A stretch of DNA of 64,000 nt. Source: an uncultured Candidatus Saccharibacteria bacterium (lineage in GTDB: Bacteria > Patescibacteriota > Minisyncoccia > Phycocordibacterales > UBA9973). The position numbers and the translations under genes were made by a program. The stretch is from NCBI GenBank assembly GCA_964423445.1, contig CAYREQ010000004.1:2700-66699 (forward strand), read 5' to 3'. The notes beneath the pieces are model-generated. The model saw nothing but the letters and a program-made list of their open reading frames with translations. It had not been told where the DNA came from and made no database searches. Below are positions 48,406-58,008 of the stretch, piece after piece (positions within the stretch are counted from its first letter, which is position 1; every line of letters starts with the position of its first letter).

Positions 48406-49275
48406 TTGGGGGTGGTTTTTATCTTTGTACTTTTTCTAACAAAAAATGAAACTGTATTTAAAAATCAAATAGAAAACAATGGACTTGTTTTTAATAGCAA
48501 TGACAAAGTAGGGGATTTGGTAAATAGAGATACAGATTTAGATGGAGTTCCAGATTGGCAAGAAAGTCTCTATGGTACTGACCCTACCAAAAGAGATACA
48601 GATGATGACGGAGTGAGTGACGATATAGAAATTGCTAGATTAAGTAAACAAAATCCAGTAAATGGAGAACTTGATCTAAGTATAGAAAACAAAGAAGATA
48701 AGACTATGACGGGACAATTGTCAAAAGAATTATTTTCTACCATTGCTACACTAAACCAGACAGGGGCAGTAGACCAAGACACAGTAGATACATTAAGCGC
48801 AAAACTGGCTGAAAAAATACAAAACCCTTTAAATATAAGGACATACACAATGTCTGATATAAAAATTTCTACTAGCGATGATAAACAATCAGTAAAAGCT
48901 TACAATGATGCTTTGAATAAAATTTATGCAAAATACCCTGTAAAAACTACGTTTTTTGATGTACTAGATAAATTTATAATTGATGAAGATACAGTAGATG
49001 AGAGTGCACTCAAGGATCTTGATTTCTTAATCAAACAAACTACTAATATAAAAAATGAAACCATAAAAATTCCTGTACCAGCAAGCTTGGCTATATTGCA
49101 TTTAAATGTATTAAACGCTATGGAAAAAGTAATCGATAATATGAGCTCCGTAAAATTTTATGATACTGACATTGTGGTAGCTATGGGTGGCATAGTCCAA
49201 TACAGTGAAAATGCAAGTGCACTGGAATCAGCTGTAGGTGAATTGGATTTAAAAATAAATCAAAGATTAAAGTAA
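48406..49275 (+). CDS. Membrane-anchored protein with thrombospondin-type-3-like Ca-binding Asp repeats (first gene of the T4SS-like cluster)
   Basis: N-terminal TM helix followed by DTDLDGVPDWQESLYGTDPTKRDTDDDGVSDDIE (DxDxDG repeats). Confidence 0.5.
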   Translation: MGVVFIFVLFLTKNETVFKNQIENNGLVFNSNDKVGDLVNRDTDLDGVPDWQESLYGTDPTKRDTDDDGVSDDIEIARLSKQNPVNGELDLSIENKEDKTMTGQLSKELFSTIATLNQTGAVDQDTVDTLSAKLAEKIQNPLNIRTYTMSDIKISTSDDKQSVKAYNDALNKIYAKYPVKTTFFDVLDKFIIDEDTVDESALKDLDFLIKQTTNIKNETIKIPVPASLAILHLNVLNAMEKVIDNMSSVKFYDTDIVVAMGGIVQYSENASALESAVGELDLKINQRLK

Positions 49276-49320
49276 AAAAACACTTCACCATAGAATAAAT
49301 AAAGGTTATAATATATAAAA

Positions 49321-50802
49321 ATGATTTCTAGTAATACAACAAGTAAAAAAATAATATCTACTCTTCTGGTAATTTTTATTTTATTACCAAATGTATTATT
49401 TATACTTCCACAAAAAGCAATTGCTCAAGAAGAAGCTGTTACAGTGCCTGTCAGCGACATCGGTAAACCTGCAGTAGTCACTGCAAAATCGAGCTTTTGG
49501 AGTAGAATTTTAAATGGCACCACAGCAGCAAAGACCAGTGTTTCAGCTGGAACAGATCTAAAGCAATGGGCATTGAAAATAGCCGAGGAAGCTCTGCGTA
49601 ACCTGGCGAAAAAGTTTTTACAAAAACTGACTGAAAGTACTGTAAATTGGATAAACGAGGGTTTCCATGGAGCCCCACTTTTTGTGGAAAATCCTAAATC
49701 TTTTTTCAAAGATATCGCAAAATATGAAATTAAAACTTTGGTAAGTAGAATCGGCTATGATAATAGAAATTTCCCATTTGGAAAAGGTTTTATTATGAGT
49801 GCGATCCAAGGATATAAAAATACTTTTGAGAGAAATGCTCAATACTCTCTGAGTAAAGTCATAAGTGACCAACAATTTTTAAATAATTATAGAAATGATT
49901 TTAATGTCGGTGGCTGGGATGGTTTTCTACTAAACACTCAGTTCCCGCAAAATAACCCGATAGGTTCACAGCTTATGTATTCTGATTACTTGGCGAGCAA
50001 GCTTCCAGAAGTTGATACAGCAAAAAATAAAATACAAAAAACCTTAGAACAAGGACAGGGTTTTCTCTCTCCTCAGACATGTCCATCAAATCCTAAATAC
50101 AATAATGCTGTAAATGAATTCAAAAGACCTACTTTTAAACCTACGACCCCCCCACCTGTATATCAAGATTGTTCTCAATATGAAGAAGAAGGGAACACTG
50201 CAGACCTTGCAATATGTGAAAGGGCTAACGCAGCACTAGAAGAAGCATATAATTTAGATGTCGGCAGTGAAAGATTATTGTGGAATGAAAAAAACTTTTG
50301 TCCAGGTGGACTAGTGGCTACTACTCCTGGCTCAGTGGTGGCAAATCAAATAATGACTGCTACTTCATCTGCTTTTAGGCAAGGGGAGCTCGGTATGGCC
50401 ATGGGAAATAGCTTGTCTGCAATCTTTGATGCATTACTCAATCAATTTATGTCTAAAGGTTTGACTGCAATAAAAAGTAAAATTTATGATAAACCAAAAG
50501 AGGGTGATAGAGACGACTTTAGTTATTATGGAAACACTTTTGGTGATGTACAGACGACAAATAGTGGTACTAAATTTATTTGGAGTCAGATAAAAGATCC
50601 AGTAAATGATATAGACAAGCTAGAATATGACGGAACAAAGTTTATAGATAAAGAAGGATTAAAAGAACCTGCTGATCCTTTATCCTGCCCGGCAGGACAG
50701 ACAGGCACACCTCCGAATTGTATAAAAGTATTACCGACTAGCTGTGACTTAGGCGATGGTACTCTTCGTCCAATCCCAGAATGCAACCCAACAATAAATT
50801 AA
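49321..50802 (+). CDS. Secreted/cell-surface protein
   Basis: Signal anchor IISTLLVIFILLPNVLFILP, then a 460-aa domain with conserved Cys pairs and no TM helices. Confidence 0.5.
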   Translation: MISSNTTSKKIISTLLVIFILLPNVLFILPQKAIAQEEAVTVPVSDIGKPAVVTAKSSFWSRILNGTTAAKTSVSAGTDLKQWALKIAEEALRNLAKKFLQKLTESTVNWINEGFHGAPLFVENPKSFFKDIAKYEIKTLVSRIGYDNRNFPFGKGFIMSAIQGYKNTFERNAQYSLSKVISDQQFLNNYRNDFNVGGWDGFLLNTQFPQNNPIGSQLMYSDYLASKLPEVDTAKNKIQKTLEQGQGFLSPQTCPSNPKYNNAVNEFKRPTFKPTTPPPVYQDCSQYEEEGNTADLAICERANAALEEAYNLDVGSERLLWNEKNFCPGGLVATTPGSVVANQIMTATSSAFRQGELGMAMGNSLSAIFDALLNQFMSKGLTAIKSKIYDKPKEGDRDDFSYYGNTFGDVQTTNSGTKFIWSQIKDPVNDIDKLEYDGTKFIDKEGLKEPADPLSCPAGQTGTPPNCIKVLPTSCDLGDGTLRPIPECNPTIN

Positions 50803-50803
50803 A

Positions 50804-53674
50804 ATGAAGAAATTTTTTACATACATATTAATATTTGTCACAGTATTACAGCTAGTTATTCCACCTAGTCCTGCGCAAGCAGAAAGCCCTACGGATAAAG
50901 GTGATTGTGCTATTCCTGGAGCCACAATGACAAACGTCACTAGGGAATTTTGTAAAAATAGTGGAGGTACATTTAAAGCCTTTGGATCTACTACTACACC
51001 AGTCTCTACAGAAAGCCCTACTGATAAAGGTGATTGTGCTATTCCTGGAGCCACAATGACAAACGTCACTAGGGAATTTTGTAAAAATAGTGGAGGTACA
51101 TTTAAAGCCTTTGGATCTACTACTACAGGTGGACCGGGCGGGACCCTTGGAGATACAGGCTCAGCTGCGGCTCCTGGAGACGCTCCAAAAGATCCAAATG
51201 CTGATATTTTTGGAAGCTGTAGTGGATGGAATCTTGTTGTAGCTTGGAACGTCACTGGTTGTGTGGTAAGAGCATTTCATCTTGTATTTATGGTATTACC
51301 ATCTATGGTTTTATACCTTACAGCATATATATTCAATGCTATGCTCGCCCTAACTCTCGGTACTGTTTTATATAAAAATGGTTTTTTACCAGAAGCTTGG
51401 AGAATAGTGCGAGACTTTTCAAACATCTTCTTTATACTGGTTTTATTATATATATCTATAAAAATGATTTTAGGCTTGGGTGGAGCTGAAGTAAAAAAGA
51501 TGATAGCCCAAGTCATAGTGGCTGCTCTACTCATAAATTTTTCTATGTTTATGACTCAGGTAGTCATAGACGCTTCAAACATGCTTGCTTTAATTTTTTA
51601 TAATAAAATCCAAGTCACTTCTCAAACATACACCCCTTTTATAAGTACAAAAAATGGTGTACAAGATAAAGATATCGCTGGAGCCATCGCTTCTGGTTTT
51701 AACCCAGCTAAATTTATCAACCCTGCTGATGTGGCAGAAATTAATAATAAAGCAGTAACTAGTGGAGGTTTATTTTATGACCTAAAAAATATAGCTAAGG
51801 ACCCAAGTACAACAATAAACCCACTCAGACCTCTCGACAACACTACAACTAATTTAAAAATAGGTTGGGCTGTAGCAAAAAGTGCTCTAACTGGTGGTGG
51901 AGATGAAAAAACTTTTCCACCATCTATCGCACTGGCAATAATTTTTACAGCCTGTGCGGTCTATCTCTTTGCATCATATGCATTTTTTATTGCTGGATTA
52001 GCATTTATTGGTAGATTGATAGAGCTCTGGATGCTGATTATATTTTCACCTTTTGCTTTTATGTCTTTATCTGTACCAAAATTGAAAGGCATAGAATATC
52101 TGGGATGGGATGCATGGCTAAAACGGCTACTTGCAGTGGCTTTTATGGCTCCTGTTTTCATGTTCTTCCTACTATTAATATCAAAACTTGTACAAATAAA
52201 TATATTCAAAGGAATGGAAAATATTCCAGGGCAAACTCCAATTACAATTCCTCATGTACTTGTAATGCTTATAATTCCAGCAATTATATATATCAGTCTT
52301 CTTTGGAAAGCTGTGGACTATGCAAAAAAGGGAGCAGGAGAATTCGGCTCTGCCATAATTAAATACGGACAAATGGCAGCTGTGGCAGTGGGTGGACTAG
52401 CTGTGGGTGCAGCTACGGGTGGAGTAGGATTGGCTGCTAGTTCCACCCTTGGAAGCCTTGCTGCAAAGACAGCAAGCAGCAGCTCTCTACTTAAGGCATC
52501 AACTCAAAAAGGAATAGGTGGATGGGCAGCAAGAATGACTCTAAAGGGTGCAGAGTATGGAGCAAATGCATCCTTTGATGCTAGAAAACTTCCTGGTGTT
52601 GGTGGAATGATGAAAAAAATGGGTATGAAGACAGAATCTTCTACTATTACAAAAGCTTTGGGTCTAAGTAGTGCTGGTGGATATGAAGGCAGAAAGAAGA
52701 GAATGGAGGAAGAAAGAGAGAAGAGAGAAAAACAATTAAAAGTAAGAGGTAGTGACCCACTAATGCATGAACTACACAAAGAACAAGAAAATCTACAAAG
52801 TGCAGAAAATAAAGTGGCTGAATGTTTTAGACAAATAGATGACGAGATTGAAACATGGGAATCAAAGAAACGTCAAGCTGTAAATGGTAGTGCTGATGAT
52901 GTAAAAGCTGCAGAAAAATTAAAAGAATTAAATGAACTAAAAGGGTCTATAAAAGCTGGTGTTATGCCTATGGTGCTTAAATACACCGAGGGGGCATTTA
53001 AGGGTGAATTTAAAGACGCAAATGGCAACTATAACACAATGAAGGAAAAAGATCAGACTGGTAAAATGATTGATATTTATGCTACAAGCAATGGCAAGAT
53101 AGCTGAAAAGGCTGTTGAAGAATATGAAAACAAAGTAAAAGATGGTGAAAAGACTGAGACAGAAGCAGAAAATGCATTAACGGAGGCTCAGCTAGCTATA
53201 AAGGCAATAAAAGAATCTGAAGTGAAAGCTAAAGAAGCAGCAGATGCAAGAAAAAAAGCAGAAGAAGAACAATTGGCAAGACCTACAAGTACTGATGCAA
53301 ACAATGCCCTAAAAACTGCAATTGAAAATGAGACAAAAGCTCTTAAAGAATTAGAAGATAACAAGGAAAAAGCACCAAAATTAGATATAAAAGAACTAAT
53401 AAAAAACCATGAATCAGCAAAAACTAAACTTTCTGAACTTCGTTCTAAGCTAGAAATAACAAAAGAAATAACAAAAGGTGGAACTGGAGCATCTATAAAA
53501 GAAATGAAAAATATAATAATACCTGGAATTAAAACAAAAATAAGAGATATTGAAAACAGCTGGAAATGGGCGGAAGCTGATAGGATTGAGGGTAAAATGC
53601 TATTTAAAAATATTAACCATGAATTAGCACACAAAATGAGAATGGCCGCAGATGTAACAGAAGTAAAACATTAA
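50804..53674 (+). CDS. VirB6/TrbL-like polytopic membrane protein with N-terminal tandem Cys-loop repeats and a C-terminal coiled-coil extension
   Basis: Signal peptide, two 43-aa repeats (ESPTDKGDCAIPGATMTNVTREFCKNSGGTFKAFGSTTT), then about 8 TM helices in a roughly 400-aa core, then a roughly 400-aa K/E-rich coiled coil. This is the architecture of TrbL/VirB6-family proteins. Confidence 0.5.
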   Translation: MKKFFTYILIFVTVLQLVIPPSPAQAESPTDKGDCAIPGATMTNVTREFCKNSGGTFKAFGSTTTPVSTESPTDKGDCAIPGATMTNVTREFCKNSGGTFKAFGSTTTGGPGGTLGDTGSAAAPGDAPKDPNADIFGSCSGWNLVVAWNVTGCVVRAFHLVFMVLPSMVLYLTAYIFNAMLALTLGTVLYKNGFLPEAWRIVRDFSNIFFILVLLYISIKMILGLGGAEVKKMIAQVIVAALLINFSMFMTQVVIDASNMLALIFYNKIQVTSQTYTPFISTKNGVQDKDIAGAIASGFNPAKFINPADVAEINNKAVTSGGLFYDLKNIAKDPSTTINPLRPLDNTTTNLKIGWAVAKSALTGGGDEKTFPPSIALAIIFTACAVYLFASYAFFIAGLAFIGRLIELWMLIIFSPFAFMSLSVPKLKGIEYLGWDAWLKRLLAVAFMAPVFMFFLLLISKLVQINIFKGMENIPGQTPITIPHVLVMLIIPAIIYISLLWKAVDYAKKGAGEFGSAIIKYGQMAAVAVGGLAVGAATGGVGLAASSTLGSLAAKTASSSSLLKASTQKGIGGWAARMTLKGAEYGANASFDARKLPGVGGMMKKMGMKTESSTITKALGLSSAGGYEGRKKRMEEEREKREKQLKVRGSDPLMHELHKEQENLQSAENKVAECFRQIDDEIETWESKKRQAVNGSADDVKAAEKLKELNELKGSIKAGVMPMVLKYTEGAFKGEFKDANGNYNTMKEKDQTGKMIDIYATSNGKIAEKAVEEYENKVKDGEKTETEAENALTEAQLAIKAIKESEVKAKEAADARKKAEEEQLARPTSTDANNALKTAIENETKALKELEDNKEKAPKLDIKELIKNHESAKTKLSELRSKLEITKEITKGGTGASIKEMKNIIIPGIKTKIRDIENSWKWAEADRIEGKMLFKNINHELAHKMRMAADVTEVKH
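50882..51127 (+). repeat. Intragenic tandem duplication; 129-bp unit, two copies, one mismatch
   Basis: Direct comparison: 50882-51010 and 51011-51127 differ at a single base (acggat versus actgat) and encode two 43-aa Cys-loop modules. Confidence 0.85.
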
Positions 53675-53684
53675 AATTTATTTT

Positions 53685-54182
53685 ATGACTGAAGAACTAA
53701 AAAAAACAACAGAAGAAGAAATAGCGAGACTTCCTAAAGAAATAGGGGAGGCTGTAAATAATTCTAATTGGGTAAAAATCACGGAAGAAATAGGCAAAAA
53801 ATATTCTTTTTCAGAAAAAGAGATTACAAATCTACAAGCAGAAACTGCAATAATTTTAGTAGGAGCTGAGGATTCAGATTTATTTGCAGAAAATATTGAA
53901 AATAATGTAAGAACAACAAAAGAAAAAGCTGAAAAAATTTCAGCTGAAATATTTGAAAAAATATTTATTCCTATAAATGGTATTATTGAGGGAAAAATTA
54001 AAAATAATATGCAAGGAAAAGAAATGAACTGGCAACAATCTATAAACTTTATACTTTCTGGTGGAAATTATTCTGTTCTACTAGAAAACCCAACTCATAA
54101 AGTTTCCACAGAACCACAAAAAGTAAGTAGTGTTTTGGGTGCAAAAAGTATGCAGGATATAAAAGACAAATTGGTGAATTAA
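53685..54182 (+). CDS. Hypothetical protein (T4SS-like cluster)
   Basis: 165-aa ORF co-directional with the cluster and separated by 10 nt. No TM helix. Confidence 0.4.
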   Translation: MTEELKKTTEEEIARLPKEIGEAVNNSNWVKITEEIGKKYSFSEKEITNLQAETAIILVGAEDSDLFAENIENNVRTTKEKAEKISAEIFEKIFIPINGIIEGKIKNNMQGKEMNWQQSINFILSGGNYSVLLENPTHKVSTEPQKVSSVLGAKSMQDIKDKLVN

Positions 54183-54194
54183 TAAAAAAATAAT

Positions 54195-54971
54195 ATGAAC
54201 AACGATAATACAGTAGATTTACTACAAATAAAAATAGAGAGAGCAAAAGAACAGCTACCAGCTGAGACATTAAATGCTATCGCTGCAGTAGATTGGCGAG
54301 CAGCTATTATGTCTATTCGAGAGAAAAAAGGCTACAACTTTGAGCAATTGGGTGCCTTAGAGCTAGAAACAGAATTACTTTTATGCGGTTTAGTCAGCTC
54401 AAATGACTATCCCAAAGAAATCCAAAGGAGGATGGATATCTCTAGAGCCGAAACAGATGAAATAGTGAATGAGATGAATATGCTGGTTTTTAAAAAAATA
54501 AAAGAAGAGATAATAAAAAACGCTGAAAGAAAAAAAATCTTTAGAGAAAATAAAATGGAACAGAAATCTCTAGAAGTAGAAAAAATTCCTCCCGCTCCAG
54601 CAAAAACAATTGAACCAAAAGATACTGCTATATTAAACCGAGCAGGGATAGATGTGGTAAAATCTGAAATGATACCTACAGAAAAGATCGTAGAAGACAG
54701 AAATACTATTTTAAACAAAATAGAAAACCCAAACAGGGCGGGAAGTAGTGTAGTCGAACCAATGCGAGGCGAAGCGGGTACGCCAGTCATGAGTAATATA
54801 AGCTCAATGTTGCAACAAAAAATCATCAGTTCTGTCCAAGTGCCTATAATAAAGACAGAGCACACACTAGAAAACATAAAAAAGGAAAGTCTTCCAGTGG
54901 TAGAAACTCCAGAAATTACAAGTGGCTATGCATCCAAAAAAGACCCGTATAGATTATCACCGGATGAATAA
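54195..54971 (+). CDS. Hypothetical protein (T4SS-like cluster)
   Basis: 258-aa ORF tightly packed in the cluster. No motif recognised. Confidence 0.4.
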   Translation: MNNDNTVDLLQIKIERAKEQLPAETLNAIAAVDWRAAIMSIREKKGYNFEQLGALELETELLLCGLVSSNDYPKEIQRRMDISRAETDEIVNEMNMLVFKKIKEEIIKNAERKKIFRENKMEQKSLEVEKIPPAPAKTIEPKDTAILNRAGIDVVKSEMIPTEKIVEDRNTILNKIENPNRAGSSVVEPMRGEAGTPVMSNISSMLQQKIISSVQVPIIKTEHTLENIKKESLPVVETPEITSGYASKKDPYRLSPDE

Positions 54972-54979
54972 AATTAATT

Positions 54980-55408
54980 ATGCAATTTAAAGTTCCACAA
55001 TTTTTAGAAATAGAAGACAAAATTTTTGGCCCATTTACTTTTAAAGAGTTTATCTATTTGGTAGGAGGTGGGGGCATGTGTTTTGTTATTTATAAGTTAT
55101 TGGGTTTATTTTGGGGAGCAATACCTATACTATTAGTAGGTGGTTTTGCTTGTATGCTTACTTTTTACAGGCCAAACAATAAACCCTTTTTAAATATGAT
55201 AGAAGCTGGTTTTAATTTTACCTTGCAGAGCAAACTATATATCTGGAAGAAACGAAAGATAAAAAATGATACTAAATCAACTTCAAATATAGTGAGTGAG
55301 GATAAAAATTCAGCTATGGCGGAAAGTGGTATGCGGTTGAGCGGAAACAAACTTCGAGATTTGGCATGGAGTTTGGATGTTTTAGATTTGAAAAAAGAGG
55401 GGAATTAG
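54980..55408 (+). CDS. Small two-TM membrane protein, PrgI/VirB3-like candidate
   Basis: N-terminal FGPFTFKEFIYLVGGGG followed by two adjacent TM helices, located upstream of VirB4 as VirB3/PrgI usually is. Confidence 0.4.
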   Translation: MQFKVPQFLEIEDKIFGPFTFKEFIYLVGGGGMCFVIYKLLGLFWGAIPILLVGGFACMLTFYRPNNKPFLNMIEAGFNFTLQSKLYIWKKRKIKNDTKSTSNIVSEDKNSAMAESGMRLSGNKLRDLAWSLDVLDLKKEGN

Positions 55409-55475
55409 ACTTTAGATTTTAGTATTATACTAGAACCTAAAGTCTAGCGCCTAAGGCCTAGAAAAAAATAAATAC

Positions 55476-56114
55476 ATGGCATTGAACGCAAAAGCAACTC
55501 AAGAGTTTGTACCTATTAAAGAGGTACGTGATGGCATAATCGTCTTAAAAGACGGGGGTCTTCGTGCTATCATCTTGGCAAATTCTGTAAACCTTTCCCT
55601 AAAATCAAGCGATGAACAAAGAGCTACTATACTCCAATTTCAAAACTTCTTAAACACTTTAGATTTTTCTATACAAATATCTGTACAGTCTAGAAGATTA
55701 GACATCCGACCTTACCTTTTGCTTTTAGAGAATAGAATAAAAGTTCAAAATGAACCACTCTTAAAACTACAAACAAAAGAATATATGAATTTTATAATGA
55801 GTTTTACTGAATCAGTAAACATAATGACAAAAAGTTTCTTTATTGTAGTACCTTATAGTCACACTGTCTTAAAATCTGATTCTGGTTTTTTGGGAAAAAT
55901 CTTTAAAAGAAAAAGTAAAGAAGATAAGCAAGCCGAAAAAGAAGAAGACTTTGAAGAAAAAAAATCACAGCTCGAGCAGAGAGTAGGAGTAATACAGCAA
56001 GGACTTTCTCGTTGTGGTATAAAATCAGCAAAACTAGGCACAGAGGAAGTGGTAGAAGTATTCTATAAAGTTTTCAACCCTGGAGAAGTAGAAGGTAAAA
56101 TAAAATTAGAATAA
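55476..56114 (+). CDS. Hypothetical protein with VirB4-N-terminal-domain-like motifs
   Basis: IKEVRDGIIVLKDGGLRAIILANSVNLSL...LDFSIQISVQSRRLDIRPYL resembles the conserved CagE/TrbE/VirB4 N-terminal region. Its stop lies 5 nt before the VirB4 start. Confidence 0.35.
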   Translation: MALNAKATQEFVPIKEVRDGIIVLKDGGLRAIILANSVNLSLKSSDEQRATILQFQNFLNTLDFSIQISVQSRRLDIRPYLLLLENRIKVQNEPLLKLQTKEYMNFIMSFTESVNIMTKSFFIVVPYSHTVLKSDSGFLGKIFKRKSKEDKQAEKEEDFEEKKSQLEQRVGVIQQGLSRCGIKSAKLGTEEVVEVFYKVFNPGEVEGKIKLE

Positions 56115-56118
56115 ATAT

Positions 56119-57981
56119 ATGATGGATTTTTTTAAAAACTTATTTGGTAGAAAAAATAAACTCGGTGGAGGTGCTATTTCTGCTGGAACACAAGCTTCTA
56201 TCATGCCAGTATTGCCAGGGGAGATATATGAATCAGCAAATATTGAACTCCAAGACATCATCGCTCCTTCTGCGTTAAAAATTGAATCAAAATCCATAAA
56301 CCTAGGTGAAAAAATTGCTCGTACTTTTTTTATAATTTCTTACCCGAGATTTTTAACTGACAATTGGTTTTCTCCAATCATAAATTTGGATAAAGTTTTT
56401 GATATTTCTATATTTGTCCACCCGATTGATACCTCATTGGCACTCCGACAATTTCAGAAAAAGGTGGCGGAAGTTCAAAGTCAGATAAATGTAAGGGAGA
56501 AAAAAGGTATGGTAAGGGATCCTATGCTAGATACTGCATATCAAGATTTGGAAGGTTTGCGTGATAACCTGATTCAAGCCCAAGAAAAAATGTTTGATAT
56601 GGGTATATATATCACAATATATGCCGACACAGAACTCGAGCTCTTTAAAGTTGAAAATGAAATAAAATCTATGCTCGAATCTAGATTAATCTATATAAAG
56701 CCTGCTTTATTCCAACAAGAAGAAGGCTTTAAAAGCATAATCCCTTTAAATACAGACCTTTTAAATATTCACCAAAAATTAAACTCCGAGCCTTTGTCTA
56801 GTATTTTTCCTTTTGTATCTTTTGACCTGACTTCTGATAACGGAATTTTATATGGAATAAACAGGCACAATTCTAGTTTGGTAATATTTGATAGATTTTC
56901 TCTTGAAAACTACAACTCTGTGACCTTTGCAAAATCTGGTTCTGGAAAATCTTATTGTACAAAATTGGAAATATTGAGATCTCTCATGTTTGATATTGAT
57001 GTGATGGTAATAGACCCTGAGAGGGAATATGAATTTTTATCTGAGGCTGTCGGTGGAAGATATTTCAACATTTCTCTTTCCTCTGATCACCACATGAACC
57101 CTTTTGATCTACCTATGCCGCGTGAAGATGAAACTGCAGAAGACGTACTTCGTTCAAATATCATAAACCTAGTAGGTCTATTCCGATTGATGCTAGGTGG
57201 TCTTACTCCAGAAGAAGATTCGATAGTAGATCGAGCTATCTCTGAGACATATGCAATGAAAGACATCACTCCTGATTCTGATTTTTCCAATATTGAACCA
57301 CCATTATTATCTGACTTTGAAATGGTACTTTCAGGCATGGAAGGATCTGATGCGATAATCTCGCGATTGGCAAAATACACAAAAGGTTCTTGGTCTACAT
57401 TTTTAAACAGACCTAGTAACGTAGACATAAATAAAAAATTCGTAGTATTTTCTATACGAGATATGGAAGACGAGCTAAAACCTGTAGCTATGTATATCAT
57501 CATGCACTATATCTGGAATGCTATTAGAAAAAACCTAAAAAAGCGCTTACTTGTAGTGGACGAAGCTTGGTGGATGATGAAATCCGAAGATACTGCTTCT
57601 TTCCTTTATTCAATGGCAAAAAGAGGAAGAAAATATTATCTAGGTCTAGCTACTATTACTCAAGACGCTGCAGATTTCATGAAATCTCCTTATGGTATTC
57701 CTATTGTCACAAACTCTTCAATACAAATTCTCCTAAAACAATCACCGACTACAATAGATGTATTGCAAAAAACCTTTAGCCTGACTGACGAAGAAAAATA
57801 TTTACTTCTAGAGTCTGGAGTAGGGGAAGGCATCTTTTTTGCTGGATTAAAACACGTAGCTATTAAGATAGTAGCTTCATACACAGAAGACCAAATCATA
57901 ACTTCTGATCCATCCCAAATACTTTCAAATAGAAAAGCAAAGGAAGATTATGAGACCACTGTGAGTGAGGGAAGATTGTAA
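56119..57981 (+). CDS. virB4: VirB4/TrbE/CagE-family type IV secretion ATPase (Gram-positive PrgJ/TcpF-like)
   Basis: The N-terminal IAPSALKIESKSINLGEKIARTFFIISYPRF...SPIINLD pattern, Walker A FAKSGSGKSY and Walker B LLVVDEAWWMM. Confidence 0.8.
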   Translation: MMDFFKNLFGRKNKLGGGAISAGTQASIMPVLPGEIYESANIELQDIIAPSALKIESKSINLGEKIARTFFIISYPRFLTDNWFSPIINLDKVFDISIFVHPIDTSLALRQFQKKVAEVQSQINVREKKGMVRDPMLDTAYQDLEGLRDNLIQAQEKMFDMGIYITIYADTELELFKVENEIKSMLESRLIYIKPALFQQEEGFKSIIPLNTDLLNIHQKLNSEPLSSIFPFVSFDLTSDNGILYGINRHNSSLVIFDRFSLENYNSVTFAKSGSGKSYCTKLEILRSLMFDIDVMVIDPEREYEFLSEAVGGRYFNISLSSDHHMNPFDLPMPREDETAEDVLRSNIINLVGLFRLMLGGLTPEEDSIVDRAISETYAMKDITPDSDFSNIEPPLLSDFEMVLSGMEGSDAIISRLAKYTKGSWSTFLNRPSNVDINKKFVVFSIRDMEDELKPVAMYIIMHYIWNAIRKNLKKRLLVVDEAWWMMKSEDTASFLYSMAKRGRKYYLGLATITQDAADFMKSPYGIPIVTNSSIQILLKQSPTTIDVLQKTFSLTDEEKYLLLESGVGEGIFFAGLKHVAIKIVASYTEDQIITSDPSQILSNRKAKEDYETTVSEGRL

Positions 57982-58008
57982 AAATTGTTTTGGGTCTATT
58001 GATTAAAC

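Noticed and set aside
50749-51255. 168-aa minus-strand ORF overlapping the start of the VirB6-like gene
   Set aside because: It is generated by reading the 129-bp tandem repeat on the opposite strand (the same peptide appears twice). It lies entirely antisense to a well-supported gene, so it is an artefact.
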